Assembly: GCA_018716065.1 (NCBI GenBank)
Contig: DVKJ01000017.1
Coordinates: 2,031-66,030 of the forward strand
Direction of reading: 5' to 3'
DNA length: 64,000 nucleotides
Source: Candidatus Pelethosoma merdigallinarum
Lineage (GTDB): Bacteria > Bacillota_I > Bacilli_A > RF39 > UBA660
Part shown: piece by piece, positions 19,410 to 29,334 of the stretch
Numbering within the stretch: position 1 is the first letter of the stretch
Layout of the letters: the number at the start of each line of letters is the position of its first letter
Notes under the pieces: generated by a model
Seen by the model: the letters and a program-made list of their open reading frames with translations, nothing else
Databases searched by the model: none
What the model was told of the DNA's origin: nothing
Position numbers and translations under genes: made by a program

Positions 19410-20732
19410 TTACATTTTTACTTTAATTATTTGTGACATAATATTCTTATAAATGGAAGTTTCACTCACTAAATTTTTTTCCTCTCTTAATATTTCTTTA
19501 GCCAAAGACAATCCATATCCATGTTTTCCACCTTTTGAGGTATAGCCCATTGTCCCCATTTTTTCAATATCTAACATTCCAGAAAAAGTGTTAGAAATCA
19601 ATACACAAAAATATCCTTCTTCCAAGAAAAATTCTATATCAATTTCTTTGTTTTTTAGTTTTTTAGCAGCATCAATTGCATTATCTAAATAAATACCTAC
19701 GATTTTCACGAACTTTCTCATAGTTTGAAAATCTATATTTTTTATTACCTTACTATTTACTTCTCGTCCAATCCTCAAGTCATAGTTAACTTTTAATTGT
19801 TCACATAACAACAGTTTATGATATACTAATCCACGCAATCCTCCTGATGGAATTGATAAAGTTAAACGATAAAGTTGGTCGTTACCTTTTAATTCTTTCT
19901 CAACTTTATCACAATCTTTAAGCATAGCTTCTATTTGTCTTTTCGCTTTGCTATTTCGCTTACTAATCAATCCATTCAATATAATTAAATCATTCTTGTT
20001 TTCATGAACATCTCTTCTATTTTTGTCTATTATATTTTCATATTCTACAGATTTATCTAACAAGCTTTCATACTCTGTCTTTATAAGTATACTCTTATTT
20101 TGTTCTTCCAAAAATTTGCATGTTAAAACTATATAAATACAAATAGTTGCCGAATTCAAAAAGAAAAACTGGATTGATGATAATTGATAATATGCACTAT
20201 AAATAAACAAGTTGGCAACCAACATCAATACTAATAAAATAAAAATTGTAAACTTAACATCAATTTTTTCACTTAATGAAAAAAGCTTACTTTCTAACTT
20301 AAAAAAACAAATTAGTTTAAAAGTTAAACTTGTTATAATTGCTACGCAAGCATTCATCAAAAAAACACCTGTATATTGAATAGCTAACGTCTCTATATCT
20401 ACCGATAATAAATAATATCCCACTATCACAAATACAAACTCTGAAAATATTAATAATAATTGACTCAAAAATACTGCTAATATTTTTGAACGAATATTGG
20501 AATTAAAACAAAAAGAACAAGTCAATAAACTTATAGAAAAAGTGATAATCAATTTTAAACTACTACTAACATACAAATTAATAAATACTGATGATATAAT
20601 TAAAAAGAATATCCAACACCATGATTTTTTTGATTTCCAATTAGGCTTTTCTTTTAAAAACTCTGACCAAATTTTAAAATCGATAAGTGTTAATAAAATT
20701 ACACTTAAAGTAATACTTATGACCTTAATCAC
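19410..20732 (-). CDS. agrC: AgrC-like sensor histidine kinase (HPK10 family)
   Basis: Polytopic N-terminal sensor; C-terminal GHKL ATPase with G-box GGKHGYGLSL; overlaps 8 nt with upstream LytTR regulator. Confidence 0.7.
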   Translation of the reverse strand: MIKVISITLSVILLTLIDFKIWSEFLKEKPNWKSKKSWCWIFFLIISSVFINLYVSSSLKLIITFSISLLTCSFCFNSNIRSKILAVFLSQLLLIFSEFVFVIVGYYLLSVDIETLAIQYTGVFLMNACVAIITSLTFKLICFFKLESKLFSLSEKIDVKFTIFILLVLMLVANLFIYSAYYQLSSIQFFFLNSATICIYIVLTCKFLEEQNKSILIKTEYESLLDKSVEYENIIDKNRRDVHENKNDLIILNGLISKRNSKAKRQIEAMLKDCDKVEKELKGNDQLYRLTLSIPSGGLRGLVYHKLLLCEQLKVNYDLRIGREVNSKVIKNIDFQTMRKFVKIVGIYLDNAIDAAKKLKNKEIDIEFFLEEGYFCVLISNTFSGMLDIEKMGTMGYTSKGGKHGYGLSLAKEILREEKNLVSETSIYKNIMSQIIKVKM

Positions 20733-21441
20733 AGCTCAACAACTCCTTTATATAATGTGATGAAACATAATCACATTGAATACCTGTGTCAAAAATTATT
20801 TTTTTATTTCTTTTATCGATAAGATTAATTCTAGAAGTATTTACAATACAAGAACGATAAGAAAATTTAAAATCATCTCCTAATATTTTCAACATTTCAT
20901 TTAACGGTTTAGATAGCTTAAATTCAGTGGTATCTGTAACAATGATAATTTTTCTTTCAACAGCGTCTCTTGTAATATATAAGATATCTTTTTCTGGGAT
21001 AGTAAAGATTGCGCCGTGATGTTCAAAACGAAGTATTTTGCTTTTACCGATTACTTGAACGCTTTTCCGGATGGCAGAAGCGAGACGTTTTTTATAATTA
21101 TCTAATTTATTAATGAACGTCAAAAACATGATTTCATCACGCAATAATACTGATCCTAATTCATCATGTGAGGTCAAGAAAATAATGACGCTATTCACAT
21201 CTTTGATTCTTATTTTTCGAGCGACATCGATTCCAGAAGAGTGTTTGGTTTCAATATCTAATATATAAATTTTATTGGATAAACGCTGGTTCATTACTTT
21301 ATAAAATCCTTGGTCATATTCAGTAAATGAGTGAATTTTATAAGCGTAATTATTTTTCATCATGACTTTTGCGATAATTTCTTTTACACTTGAAAGTATT
21401 TCTACTTTATCGTCACAAATTATAAAATTAATCATGAACAT
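20725..21441 (-). CDS. agrA: AgrA-like response regulator with LytTR DNA-binding domain
   Basis: N-terminal receiver domain; C-terminal LytTR (ILRFEHHGAIFTIPEKDILYITR...). Confidence 0.75.
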   Translation of the reverse strand: MFMINFIICDDKVEILSSVKEIIAKVMMKNNYAYKIHSFTEYDQGFYKVMNQRLSNKIYILDIETKHSSGIDVARKIRIKDVNSVIIFLTSHDELGSVLLRDEIMFLTFINKLDNYKKRLASAIRKSVQVIGKSKILRFEHHGAIFTIPEKDILYITRDAVERKIIIVTDTTEFKLSKPLNEMLKILGDDFKFSYRSCIVNTSRINLIDKRNKKIIFDTGIQCDYVSSHYIKELLSCD

Positions 21442-21563
21442 ACACTCCTTTAGTTTATTGTTATTTTTATGGTAGCATAGCTATTTTATAAAATCAATGA
21501 ATTTTTTGCCATATTTTGTATTTTTTTAACTATTAGCATATTTTTAAATCCGTTAAAAACGAC

Positions 21564-21941
21564 TTAAAGTCGTTCTCCATTTATGATTATGTTACACATC
21601 CAAACAACAAGAACTGCTAGTATAATCCACACTCCATACTTCTGTGAAATTCTTTCTATATATGCCAAATATTTGGTTTGATTTTTGATGATATCTACAA
21701 CGAGAAAGATCATAGATAATATGATAAATATAAATAGTGGTATAGCTAATAAGTTATATCGCAAAGATTCAAGAATATTACCTTGAAGAATTAATTTAAA
21801 TGCTCTTGTCATTCCACATCCTGGACATGGTATATGAAAATAATAATTAAAAGGACATACATAGGTAATGTCTAGAATGATGAATAAAATACCAAGAAGA
21901 ATCGGAATGAAGATCCAAAAAATATTAGTCAGTCGTTTCAT
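21564..21941 (-). CDS. DUF2752-family membrane protein
   Basis: CPFNYYFHIPCPGCGMTRAF signature. Confidence 0.5.
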   Translation of the reverse strand: MKRLTNIFWIFIPILLGILFIILDITYVCPFNYYFHIPCPGCGMTRAFKLILQGNILESLRYNLLAIPLFIFIILSMIFLVVDIIKNQTKYLAYIERISQKYGVWIILAVLVVWMCNIIINGERL

Positions 21942-22264
21942 TATATTAATTCATTTCCATCCGCATCTTCGTTAATCGATCCCGTTAAAATTAATATTCC
22001 TTCGATAAGTCCCCAAATACCAATAATAGGGCTAAGTAATCCACAAGTTAAAACTGTTAGTAATAACTGAGCAAGTGCTTTACCAGTATAACCTAAATAG
22101 AAGTTGTGAATACCAAATGTTCCCAATAATATTCCTAAGACTCCAGCTACTATTTTTGATTTACCGGTAGTAGATGTAGAAGCTTGTTCGTGGACTAGTT
22201 TTCCACAGTTTAAACAAACATCTTGATTTTCTTCTAGTTTTTTTCCACAATACTTACAATACAT
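21941..22264 (-). CDS. Zinc-ribbon plus TM2-domain membrane protein
   Basis: N-terminal CxxC..CxxC; TM2-like GILLGTFGIHNFYLGYTGKA. Confidence 0.5.
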   Translation of the reverse strand: MYCKYCGKKLEENQDVCLNCGKLVHEQASTSTTGKSKIVAGVLGILLGTFGIHNFYLGYTGKALAQLLLTVLTCGLLSPIIGIWGLIEGILILTGSINEDADGNELI

Positions 22265-22351
22265 AAAGTTTCCTCCTACTTTTTTATTATAGCTTTAAAA
22301 GATTAGAAAATCAATAAATTGTCAAAAAAATGCGTGAAATGAAAAAGAGAA

Positions 22352-23038
22352 TTATCTTCTCTTTTCTTTTTGTTCATTATACCAAGATTCAAAACTTTCT
22401 TTTGCTTTACTTCCGTACTCTTTTGTCTTGTCCCATAATTCACTGGCTTTATCTTTCACATTTTGTTTGATTTCGTTATAGCGATCGTGTCCAATTTGAT
22501 CTCCGATTGCATCTTCGATAGAATTTTTAAATTCACTTAATTTTTCTTTGGCTATACCAAATACTTCAGCTGCTTTTTCTTTATAATCTGGATATACATT
22601 CATTAATGTTTCATCCATAAAGTTTAGTGTTCCCACCACTGCGCCTTTTGCCGTTCCTGTCATTTCTTTGAAATAAATTCCTCCAATAGGTTTTTGATTG
22701 TTTACAAAGTCAACAGTATCCACTAATCGATCAAAAGACCAGTCTTTAATATCTTCTGCATTGATTTCTGAAATGTTGGCAAATTGTTCTTTTAATTGAT
22801 CAAAGTATTCCACAACTTCTCCCTCACTTTTAGAGTCAGATGAAGGTTCGGTGACTTGTGGATCTTTAGTTTCTTCTGTCACAGTTGGTTCTTGGGCTGG
22901 ATTCTGTTCTTTTTCTTTAACAGTACATCCTATCATACTAGTGATTAATGTAATAGATACTCCTGCTTTTAATAGAGCTTTTATCTTAGTAGAATTAATG
23001 TTTAACTTTTTTTCCATAATCATCACTTCCACCTTCAT
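22352..23038 (-). CDS. Hypothetical lipoprotein
   Basis: Signal peptide with lipobox-like MIGCT; acidic helical body. Confidence 0.4.
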   Translation of the reverse strand: MKVEVMIMEKKLNINSTKIKALLKAGVSITLITSMIGCTVKEKEQNPAQEPTVTEETKDPQVTEPSSDSKSEGEVVEYFDQLKEQFANISEINAEDIKDWSFDRLVDTVDFVNNQKPIGGIYFKEMTGTAKGAVVGTLNFMDETLMNVYPDYKEKAAEVFGIAKEKLSEFKNSIEDAIGDQIGHDRYNEIKQNVKDKASELWDKTKEYGSKAKESFESWYNEQKEKRR

Positions 23039-23066
23039 TCTAATTCAGTTTGTCTTTTTTGTCAAA

Positions 23067-25724
23067 TTATACCCCACCAATTTGTCCTTTGGTTCGTAAA
23101 TATATTTTACGGAACCAGTCTACTGGGATAACGGTTACGGCAATCATCAACATAATCACAAATTCTTTGAATGTTAAACCTGCAGTGCGGAATAAATCAC
23201 CACCATAGTAAATTAAAATTAGTTGAACCACAATAATAAAGAGAATAATGAATACAAAAACCATATTTTTACGTAGATGAGCTAGTAAATTTAAGCGATG
23301 GGTACGAGCATTAAAACAATTGAAAATTCCAATAAAGATGAATAAACCAAAGAAAGCTGTTAATAAATATTGATCCTGTTCCCCTGGACGAAATAAACTA
23401 TGAATCCATGGACTCTTTAAAAAGAATATACATAAAAGAGAGGAATAGAGTCCGGTAAAAAAGATTTCACCTTTCATGTAACGATTCATAATTTGCTCAT
23501 TTTTCTTTTTTGGATATTCATCCATATATTCTGGAAGTGGTGGTTCAAAGGCAAAGGCAAGTCCAGCAAAGGTATCCATCACCATATTAATCCACAACAT
23601 TTGAATGACAGTTACTGGGGTATCTACTCCAATAAATGGTCCGATAATGGATAAGGACACGGCACATACATTAACGGTTAGTTGAAAAATGATAAACTTA
23701 CGAATACTTTTAAAGATTGTTCTTCCAAATAAAATAGATTTGGATATGGAATTGAAGTTATCATCTAATATGATAATATCACTGGCTTCTTTAGATACTT
23801 CCGTTCCACTTCCCATGGAAAATCCAACATCGGCTTTTTTTAGTGCCGGAGCATCATTTACACCATCTCCAGTCATTCCAACAACAAGACCTAATTCTTG
23901 ACTGATGCGAACCAAACGACTTTTATCTTGAGGTAAAGAACGAGCGACGACTCTTAGATGAGGTAAAATTCGTTTAACTTCGTAGTCAGACATCTCTTTT
24001 AATTCATCACTTGTTAAAATAACATCTTTAGAATTCTTTAAAAGACCTACTTCTTTTGCGATTGCCATAGCTGTATCTTTATTATCTCCTGTAATCATAA
24101 CAGTTTGAATATGAGCACGTGTTACTTCTTCTACTCCAAGTTTAGCTTCTGGACGAATTTCATCTTTAATAAACACTAAACCAACAAAGGTAAGATTAGA
24201 TACAAGTGTTTCGCGTTCACTAGTGGCGAGTAAAATCACACGAATTCCCTGTTTTGTTGTAGCTTCTAATAACTCACGAATACGATTCTTTGTAGTAAAA
24301 GGCTTTTTACTTCCCCATTCATCATACATCGAAGTACAAGCTCCTAATAGTTTTTCAGGTGCACCTTTGACTAAATAAATGGGTTTTCCATCTTCAATTA
24401 AAGTCATAGAATATTTTCGTTTACTATCAAAAGGAATTTTCTTTTTTACACGTACTGGTTTCGGTTTAATTCCTTGTGTAAAACGAAGTAAAGCTCGATC
24501 GGTAATATTCCCTCCTAAAATTTTACCTTGTTCATCAAAAAGACTTTCATTATTATAGTAAAGAGAAGTTGTTAGTATTTGTTGAACTTGAGGGTGATCT
24601 TTTAATTCTTTTAGGGAACGATAGCTTTTACCATTACTTGTTGTAACACCAATGACTTCTAGTTTTCCTTTCGTTAGAGTTCCTGTTTTATCCGTGAATA
24701 AGATATTTAAACTACCTGCGGTTTCAATTCCAACTAATTTTCTTACCAAGACATTATTCTTTAGCATTCTCTTCATATTAGAAGATAACACTAAGGTAAT
24801 CATCATAGGAAGTCCTTCCGGAACACTTACAACAATAATCGTTACTGCAAGTGTAAGAGCATATAAAATATGGCCAGAAATGACTGGAAAGTTGTGTAGT
24901 GTTGCCATGATTTTAACTGTATCGAATTGATTTTCGATAACGATGGTGGAAAACAAATAAGACACAACCACCAAAATAGCTCCACAATAGCCAAAGAAAC
25001 TAATGGTTTTAGCTAAAGAACGTAGACGAAGTTTTAATGGACTTTCCGGTTGTTTTTCTTGAAGTTCAGAAGCTAACTTTCCATAAAAAGTTTGATCTCC
25101 TACTTTTTTTACTTTCATAATAGCCTGTCCAGAATATACAACAGTTCCTCGATATACACTATTTTTAGAACCTTCTTTTTTGGCATCTTTATAAGCTTCT
25201 TTGGTTTCCCCGTTTAGTGAAGATTCATCCACACTCAGTGTTCCACGAACCAATACACCATCGGCAGGGATTTTATCTCCTGACTCTAGCAAGACAATGT
25301 CTCCTGTTACAACTTCGTCAATATTGATTTCCATGACTTTACCATGACGACGAACTCGACACTTTGTCTTCGATGATTCTTCTTGTAGTTTTGCGAAAGC
25401 TTGTTCACTTCCATATTCTGATAAAGTAGAGATAAAGGAAGCGAGAAAGATCGCAATCACAATTCCTACGGTTTCAAACCAATCAAAATCTTTCATTAAA
25501 AACACAAGTTTAATTCCTAAAGCAATTAATAAAATACGTATAATAGGATCCCCAAATGATTCTAGTAATAGTTTTAGAAACGTATCCTGTTTGTTTATTG
25601 TGATTTGATTACTGCCATATTTTTCACGATTTTTTTCTACTTCTTGTTTATCTAATCCGAATGTGATATCAACGTTATTCATGGTCTCCTCCTCATGGTT
25701 CAATATATTACAGAGTAAAAGCAA
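23067..25724 (-). CDS. Calcium-translocating P-type ATPase (PMCA/SERCA-type, P2)
   Basis: DKTGTLT phosphorylation motif, TGDN, GDGVNDAPALKKADVG hinge, 10 TM segments; 885 aa. Confidence 0.85.
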   Translation of the reverse strand: MLLLCNILNHEEETMNNVDITFGLDKQEVEKNREKYGSNQITINKQDTFLKLLLESFGDPIIRILLIALGIKLVFLMKDFDWFETVGIVIAIFLASFISTLSEYGSEQAFAKLQEESSKTKCRVRRHGKVMEINIDEVVTGDIVLLESGDKIPADGVLVRGTLSVDESSLNGETKEAYKDAKKEGSKNSVYRGTVVYSGQAIMKVKKVGDQTFYGKLASELQEKQPESPLKLRLRSLAKTISFFGYCGAILVVVSYLFSTIVIENQFDTVKIMATLHNFPVISGHILYALTLAVTIIVVSVPEGLPMMITLVLSSNMKRMLKNNVLVRKLVGIETAGSLNILFTDKTGTLTKGKLEVIGVTTSNGKSYRSLKELKDHPQVQQILTTSLYYNNESLFDEQGKILGGNITDRALLRFTQGIKPKPVRVKKKIPFDSKRKYSMTLIEDGKPIYLVKGAPEKLLGACTSMYDEWGSKKPFTTKNRIRELLEATTKQGIRVILLATSERETLVSNLTFVGLVFIKDEIRPEAKLGVEEVTRAHIQTVMITGDNKDTAMAIAKEVGLLKNSKDVILTSDELKEMSDYEVKRILPHLRVVARSLPQDKSRLVRISQELGLVVGMTGDGVNDAPALKKADVGFSMGSGTEVSKEASDIIILDDNFNSISKSILFGRTIFKSIRKFIIFQLTVNVCAVSLSIIGPFIGVDTPVTVIQMLWINMVMDTFAGLAFAFEPPLPEYMDEYPKKKNEQIMNRYMKGEIFFTGLYSSLLCIFFLKSPWIHSLFRPGEQDQYLLTAFFGLFIFIGIFNCFNARTHRLNLLAHLRKNMVFVFIILFIIVVQLILIYYGGDLFRTAGLTFKEFVIMLMIAVTVIPVDWFRKIYLRTKGQIGGV

Positions 25725-25833
25725 TTAGAAACAAAAGGATATGACATCATTTGACACTTTATTTTTTGTTGTTTTAGATAAATAAAAAGTAAACTTTTTG
25801 AAAGATAATTATATAAAAATGTAAAAAAAGACA

Positions 25834-26070
25834 CTATTGTGCCTGATGAAGAATGGATTCTAAAATATACATTGCTTGTTCACGATTTTTTGTTGTTTTA
25901 AAAATCATTTGATAGTTTTCGGTTACAAAAGTACCTATTTTAATAGTTGGATTCACCTCTTCTGCAGTCATGAGTAATCCATAATGATGATTTCGAACTT
26001 TTAATAAATAAACGATAATATATTCGATTCCATCTTCTAATACAATAGCGTCTCCTTCTTTATAATTCAT
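25834..26070 (-). CDS. Small hypothetical protein, DUF1292-like
   Basis: ~78 aa; pattern ..EYIIVYLL...NHHYGLL... resembles DUF1292; weak. Confidence 0.3.
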   Translation of the reverse strand: MNYKEGDAIVLEDGIEYIIVYLLKVRNHHYGLLMTAEEVNPTIKIGTFVTENYQMIFKTTKNREQAMYILESILHQAQ

Positions 26071-26080
26071 AATATCCCTC

Positions 26081-26314
26081 TTATTCTTCGTTTAGACTTT
26101 GTTTCATATGTTCAACAAATTGATTATAAATATAATTCATAATATCTGGTTCGTTCAAAAATTTTATTTGATGATCTTCACGCATCGCTAACTTAATTTC
26201 TACAGGTTTTGCGATGGAACATAAGTAATAATATTCCGTTCCTTTAATATTTAATTGATCCACTACAAAATATTTCTTTTGATTACTTAACGTTAAAACT
26301 GTATCTTCCATCAT
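26081..26314 (-). CDS. Small hypothetical protein, DUF1292-like paralogue
   Basis: ~77 aa; similar beta pattern; tandem with previous gene. Confidence 0.3.
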   Translation of the reverse strand: MMEDTVLTLSNQKKYFVVDQLNIKGTEYYYLCSIAKPVEIKLAMREDHQIKFLNEPDIMNYIYNQFVEHMKQSLNEE

Positions 26315-28045
26315 TTACTTCACCTTTCTCTGTTCTTCTTGCTTTGGAAGAATTTCTAATGGGGTATTATAATCATAGAAATGGTTCTTTCCATCAATCG
26401 GAACGGCAAATGAGAACTCACCTTTAGAAACGGATTTAATACCTAATTTTTTCATCAAATCCTCAATCGTCTCCCCTGGGGTTACGGTCATCAATTCTTT
26501 TTCTTTGCTTACTACACTAAGAGCAGTAATAGGATATTCCATTCCTTCTACCATTACGACATCACCTACAGCTAAGTTTTTATTAACATGACGATGAAGT
26601 AACGTTTTCAAAATCTTTCGTTTCATATATTCATGGGTCGCAATAGTAGACTCTTTAATCTTTTTCTTTGTTTGAGGATTAACTTTAACTTTTTCTTCTT
26701 TAACTATTTCAAATGTATTTGGCTCAATTAGAACATTATTTTGTTCTTTGTGTACCATGCGATTTAAAGAATATAAGTTTTCAAACATTTGTTGACGTTC
26801 ACGAATCATTTGTAAATAGTCATTTTTTAAACTTTGATTATTTCTAACAGAACCGTTGCCTGCTTTGATAGAAGCTTCGGTCTTTTTCCGCATTTCTTCT
26901 TGTTGTTGTAACAGATTTTTTCTAGCAACCTTATAAAAATCTTTTCCAGGAGTTCCATTTTTAATCGCATTTTCTAATAATTTCGTTGTTTGTTTTTCAT
27001 CAAATCCTAATTTATTATAAATTTTTTGTAATGCGCCTTTAGGAGACAATTTAACAATCTCTTTCATCTTAGCGTTTAGATCATTTTTTAAGGTTTGGTA
27101 AATGTCTTCCTTTTGATCTTGATCATCTGTTAAAATACAGTGATTATCTTCTAATTGTTGCCATATTTTTTTAATCGCTTCTTCTTTTTGTTCTTTATTA
27201 CTTTTTTCATTTAAAAGATCGTCAATTAATTCTTTATTGATTCCATAATCTTTTGCAAATCTATATAATTCTTCTTTGTTATTTTTATAACGATCTAAAG
27301 GGATAATGGGACATTCTACATAATTTTTTAAATAAGAAGAACGTAAAGGATGGGGTGCATGTTCTATCGTTTCATTGAAGTTCTTTATTTCTTCCGCTTT
27401 TTTTTGTTTTAACTCTTCGTCTAACATTTCAGAAGCCATCGCTTTCGCATTTTCATTCATGTGTTGCTTTTCTAAAGATGCTAAAATAGCCGTTTTAATT
27501 TCATCTGTTAGTTCAACCGTCAAACAACCTTCTTCTTCATATTTACCTTTAAATATCTGAATCTCTTCATCATCGATATTTCTTGTTTTTAAATAAGCTT
27601 CTAATTTTTCCAAAAAAGATTGAATACGTTCTTTACGTCCGGTTTCAAAAGCATTCATGTCTTTTTCAAGTGTTTTAATGGCTTCTAATACTTCTTGTTT
27701 AGAAACTAATTCCCCACTTGGTAATTCCATATCAGGTTTGGAACCTTTCATTTCTTCTTTCATTTCATCTACCGCTATACGACTCATTTGCGCAACTTGA
27801 TTTTTTAACAACTCTAATTGTTTATTCTCCAAAGTAGTATATAAGTCTTCAACAAGACTGTTTTCTTCTTGAACATGATTGATCGCTTCTAATACGGTAC
27901 TTACACTTAGTGTTTCACTTGTATCAATATCACTTTTTTCTAAATCTTCTATTAGTTCTTTTATGTGTTCAGTCATAAAAAATTCATTAGTTTCATTATC
28001 TTCTGGATTTATTTTATTCATAATTTCTTCAAATGTCTGATTCAT
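26315..28045 (-). CDS. Hypothetical coiled-coil-rich protein
   Basis: Glu/Lys-rich helical composition; no recognised domain. Confidence 0.4.
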   Translation of the reverse strand: MNQTFEEIMNKINPEDNETNEFFMTEHIKELIEDLEKSDIDTSETLSVSTVLEAINHVQEENSLVEDLYTTLENKQLELLKNQVAQMSRIAVDEMKEEMKGSKPDMELPSGELVSKQEVLEAIKTLEKDMNAFETGRKERIQSFLEKLEAYLKTRNIDDEEIQIFKGKYEEEGCLTVELTDEIKTAILASLEKQHMNENAKAMASEMLDEELKQKKAEEIKNFNETIEHAPHPLRSSYLKNYVECPIIPLDRYKNNKEELYRFAKDYGINKELIDDLLNEKSNKEQKEEAIKKIWQQLEDNHCILTDDQDQKEDIYQTLKNDLNAKMKEIVKLSPKGALQKIYNKLGFDEKQTTKLLENAIKNGTPGKDFYKVARKNLLQQQEEMRKKTEASIKAGNGSVRNNQSLKNDYLQMIRERQQMFENLYSLNRMVHKEQNNVLIEPNTFEIVKEEKVKVNPQTKKKIKESTIATHEYMKRKILKTLLHRHVNKNLAVGDVVMVEGMEYPITALSVVSKEKELMTVTPGETIEDLMKKLGIKSVSKGEFSFAVPIDGKNHFYDYNTPLEILPKQEEQRKVK

Positions 28046-28054
28046 AATATCCTC

Positions 28055-28384
28055 CTATTTTAAACCATTCTTTTTTAATAGATTATATAAGCACGAATAA
28101 CTACGACGATTATAAAATTTACAAAACTTTCGCAAACTAACATGAGAGTTTTTATATAATTGAATGATTTTTTGTGATTCTTCACGACTTAAGGCATTTT
28201 TAGGGCGACGATTCTTATTCCCGTGTTCTAAACGAATCGTTCCATTAAGTAATTGCCTTTTTAACTTCGAAATATACTTTACGTGATATCCCGTAATGTT
28301 GGCAATTTCTTGATAACTTAAAAAGGTTTCATTATTTAATTTCTTACGAATAAGCTCAACCGCATACTCTTTATTATGTTTCAT
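28055..28384 (-). CDS. Small HTH-domain protein (resembles N-terminal DNA-binding part of some transposases; possibly a remnant)
   Basis: YQEIANITGYHVKYISKLKRQ HTH followed by HGNKNRRPKNALSREESQKIIQLY; only 109 aa. Confidence 0.35.
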   Translation of the reverse strand: MKHNKEYAVELIRKKLNNETFLSYQEIANITGYHVKYISKLKRQLLNGTIRLEHGNKNRRPKNALSREESQKIIQLYKNSHVSLRKFCKFYNRRSYSCLYNLLKKNGLK

Positions 28385-28544
28385 TAGAATCCCTTCTCTC
28401 CGTAAAGACCACTAATTACTAATAATTATATTATAAAAGTAAATTTTTAGCAAGATAAAACCCTTTAAAAAAGCATACTATCTATCAATAATATTACTTT
28501 TTTCAATAATTTTTATAAAAAATTATTGAAAAAAAATTAAGAGC

Positions 28545-29249
28545 TTAAGCAGCTCTTAATTGATCCATATAACCACGAACTTGAGAAGCCCATGAAGTAC
28601 TTGCCGCATACTTCGGATTCATTAACTCAGGAGTGGTTAATCCGTAGGCATAATAGTTATTGTATAGATTATCCATATAACTATTAATACCTTCTTCTAG
28701 GGTTGCAAATGCTTTATAAGATCCTCCTCCACAACCAGGAGAACCTTTCATACCTCCGACGTTGTTACATTGGGTGACCAATGTAGAACATTGCCATGTA
28801 CATCCTGTTTCATGAAGAACAATTGACACTGCTAGATAAGGATCAATTCCCAACTCTACCGATCTGGAAGCGAATAAATATCCTGTTCCAGATAAAGTAG
28901 ATGTTAAAGAACGATCTAATTTTGCCGCTAACTCATCGAGTGTCATCCCTTCAAAAACAATAGGATCTACAGGCGCACTTGCTTCTTCTATTACAGGCTC
29001 TTCCACCTGTTCTTCTTCTACATTTTCTTCTTGTGTATCTTGTTGTGCTTGTGGTTCGGCTTCTTTAATTTCTACTACCTTTGGCATAGAAGCCTTTTCT
29101 TTGTCGTTATAGACAACCAATGTTTCTGTTTTAGCATCGTCCTGTAATACAATACGTTCACTTGCCGTTGCATTACAAATGACGAAGGCAGAAACAAAAG
29201 TACATGCTAAGTAAGTTGCATACGCAATTACTTGCCGTTTTGTTTTCAT
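28545..29249 (-). CDS. Secreted peptidoglycan hydrolase with mannosyl-glycoprotein endo-beta-N-acetylglucosaminidase-like domain
   Basis: Signal peptide; acidic linker; C-terminal GTGYLFASRSVELGIDPYLAVSIVLHETG... resembles LytD/FlgJ-type glucosaminidase. Confidence 0.5.
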   Translation of the reverse strand: MKTKRQVIAYATYLACTFVSAFVICNATASERIVLQDDAKTETLVVYNDKEKASMPKVVEIKEAEPQAQQDTQEENVEEEQVEEPVIEEASAPVDPIVFEGMTLDELAAKLDRSLTSTLSGTGYLFASRSVELGIDPYLAVSIVLHETGCTWQCSTLVTQCNNVGGMKGSPGCGGGSYKAFATLEEGINSYMDNLYNNYYAYGLTTPELMNPKYAASTSWASQVRGYMDQLRAA

Positions 29250-29334
29250 TTTTTCACCTCAACATCGTTTTTTTATAGCGACGTAGACTATTTTAGCACA
29301 CTTCCTTAAACTCGTCAAATTGAGTAATTTGGGA

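Noticed and set aside
28055-28384. Possible IS transposase, making this a mobile element
   Set aside because: Only a 109-aa HTH segment is present. No catalytic DDE/DEDD domain and no inverted repeats were found. It is better described as an HTH protein or remnant, so it was not called as a mobile element.
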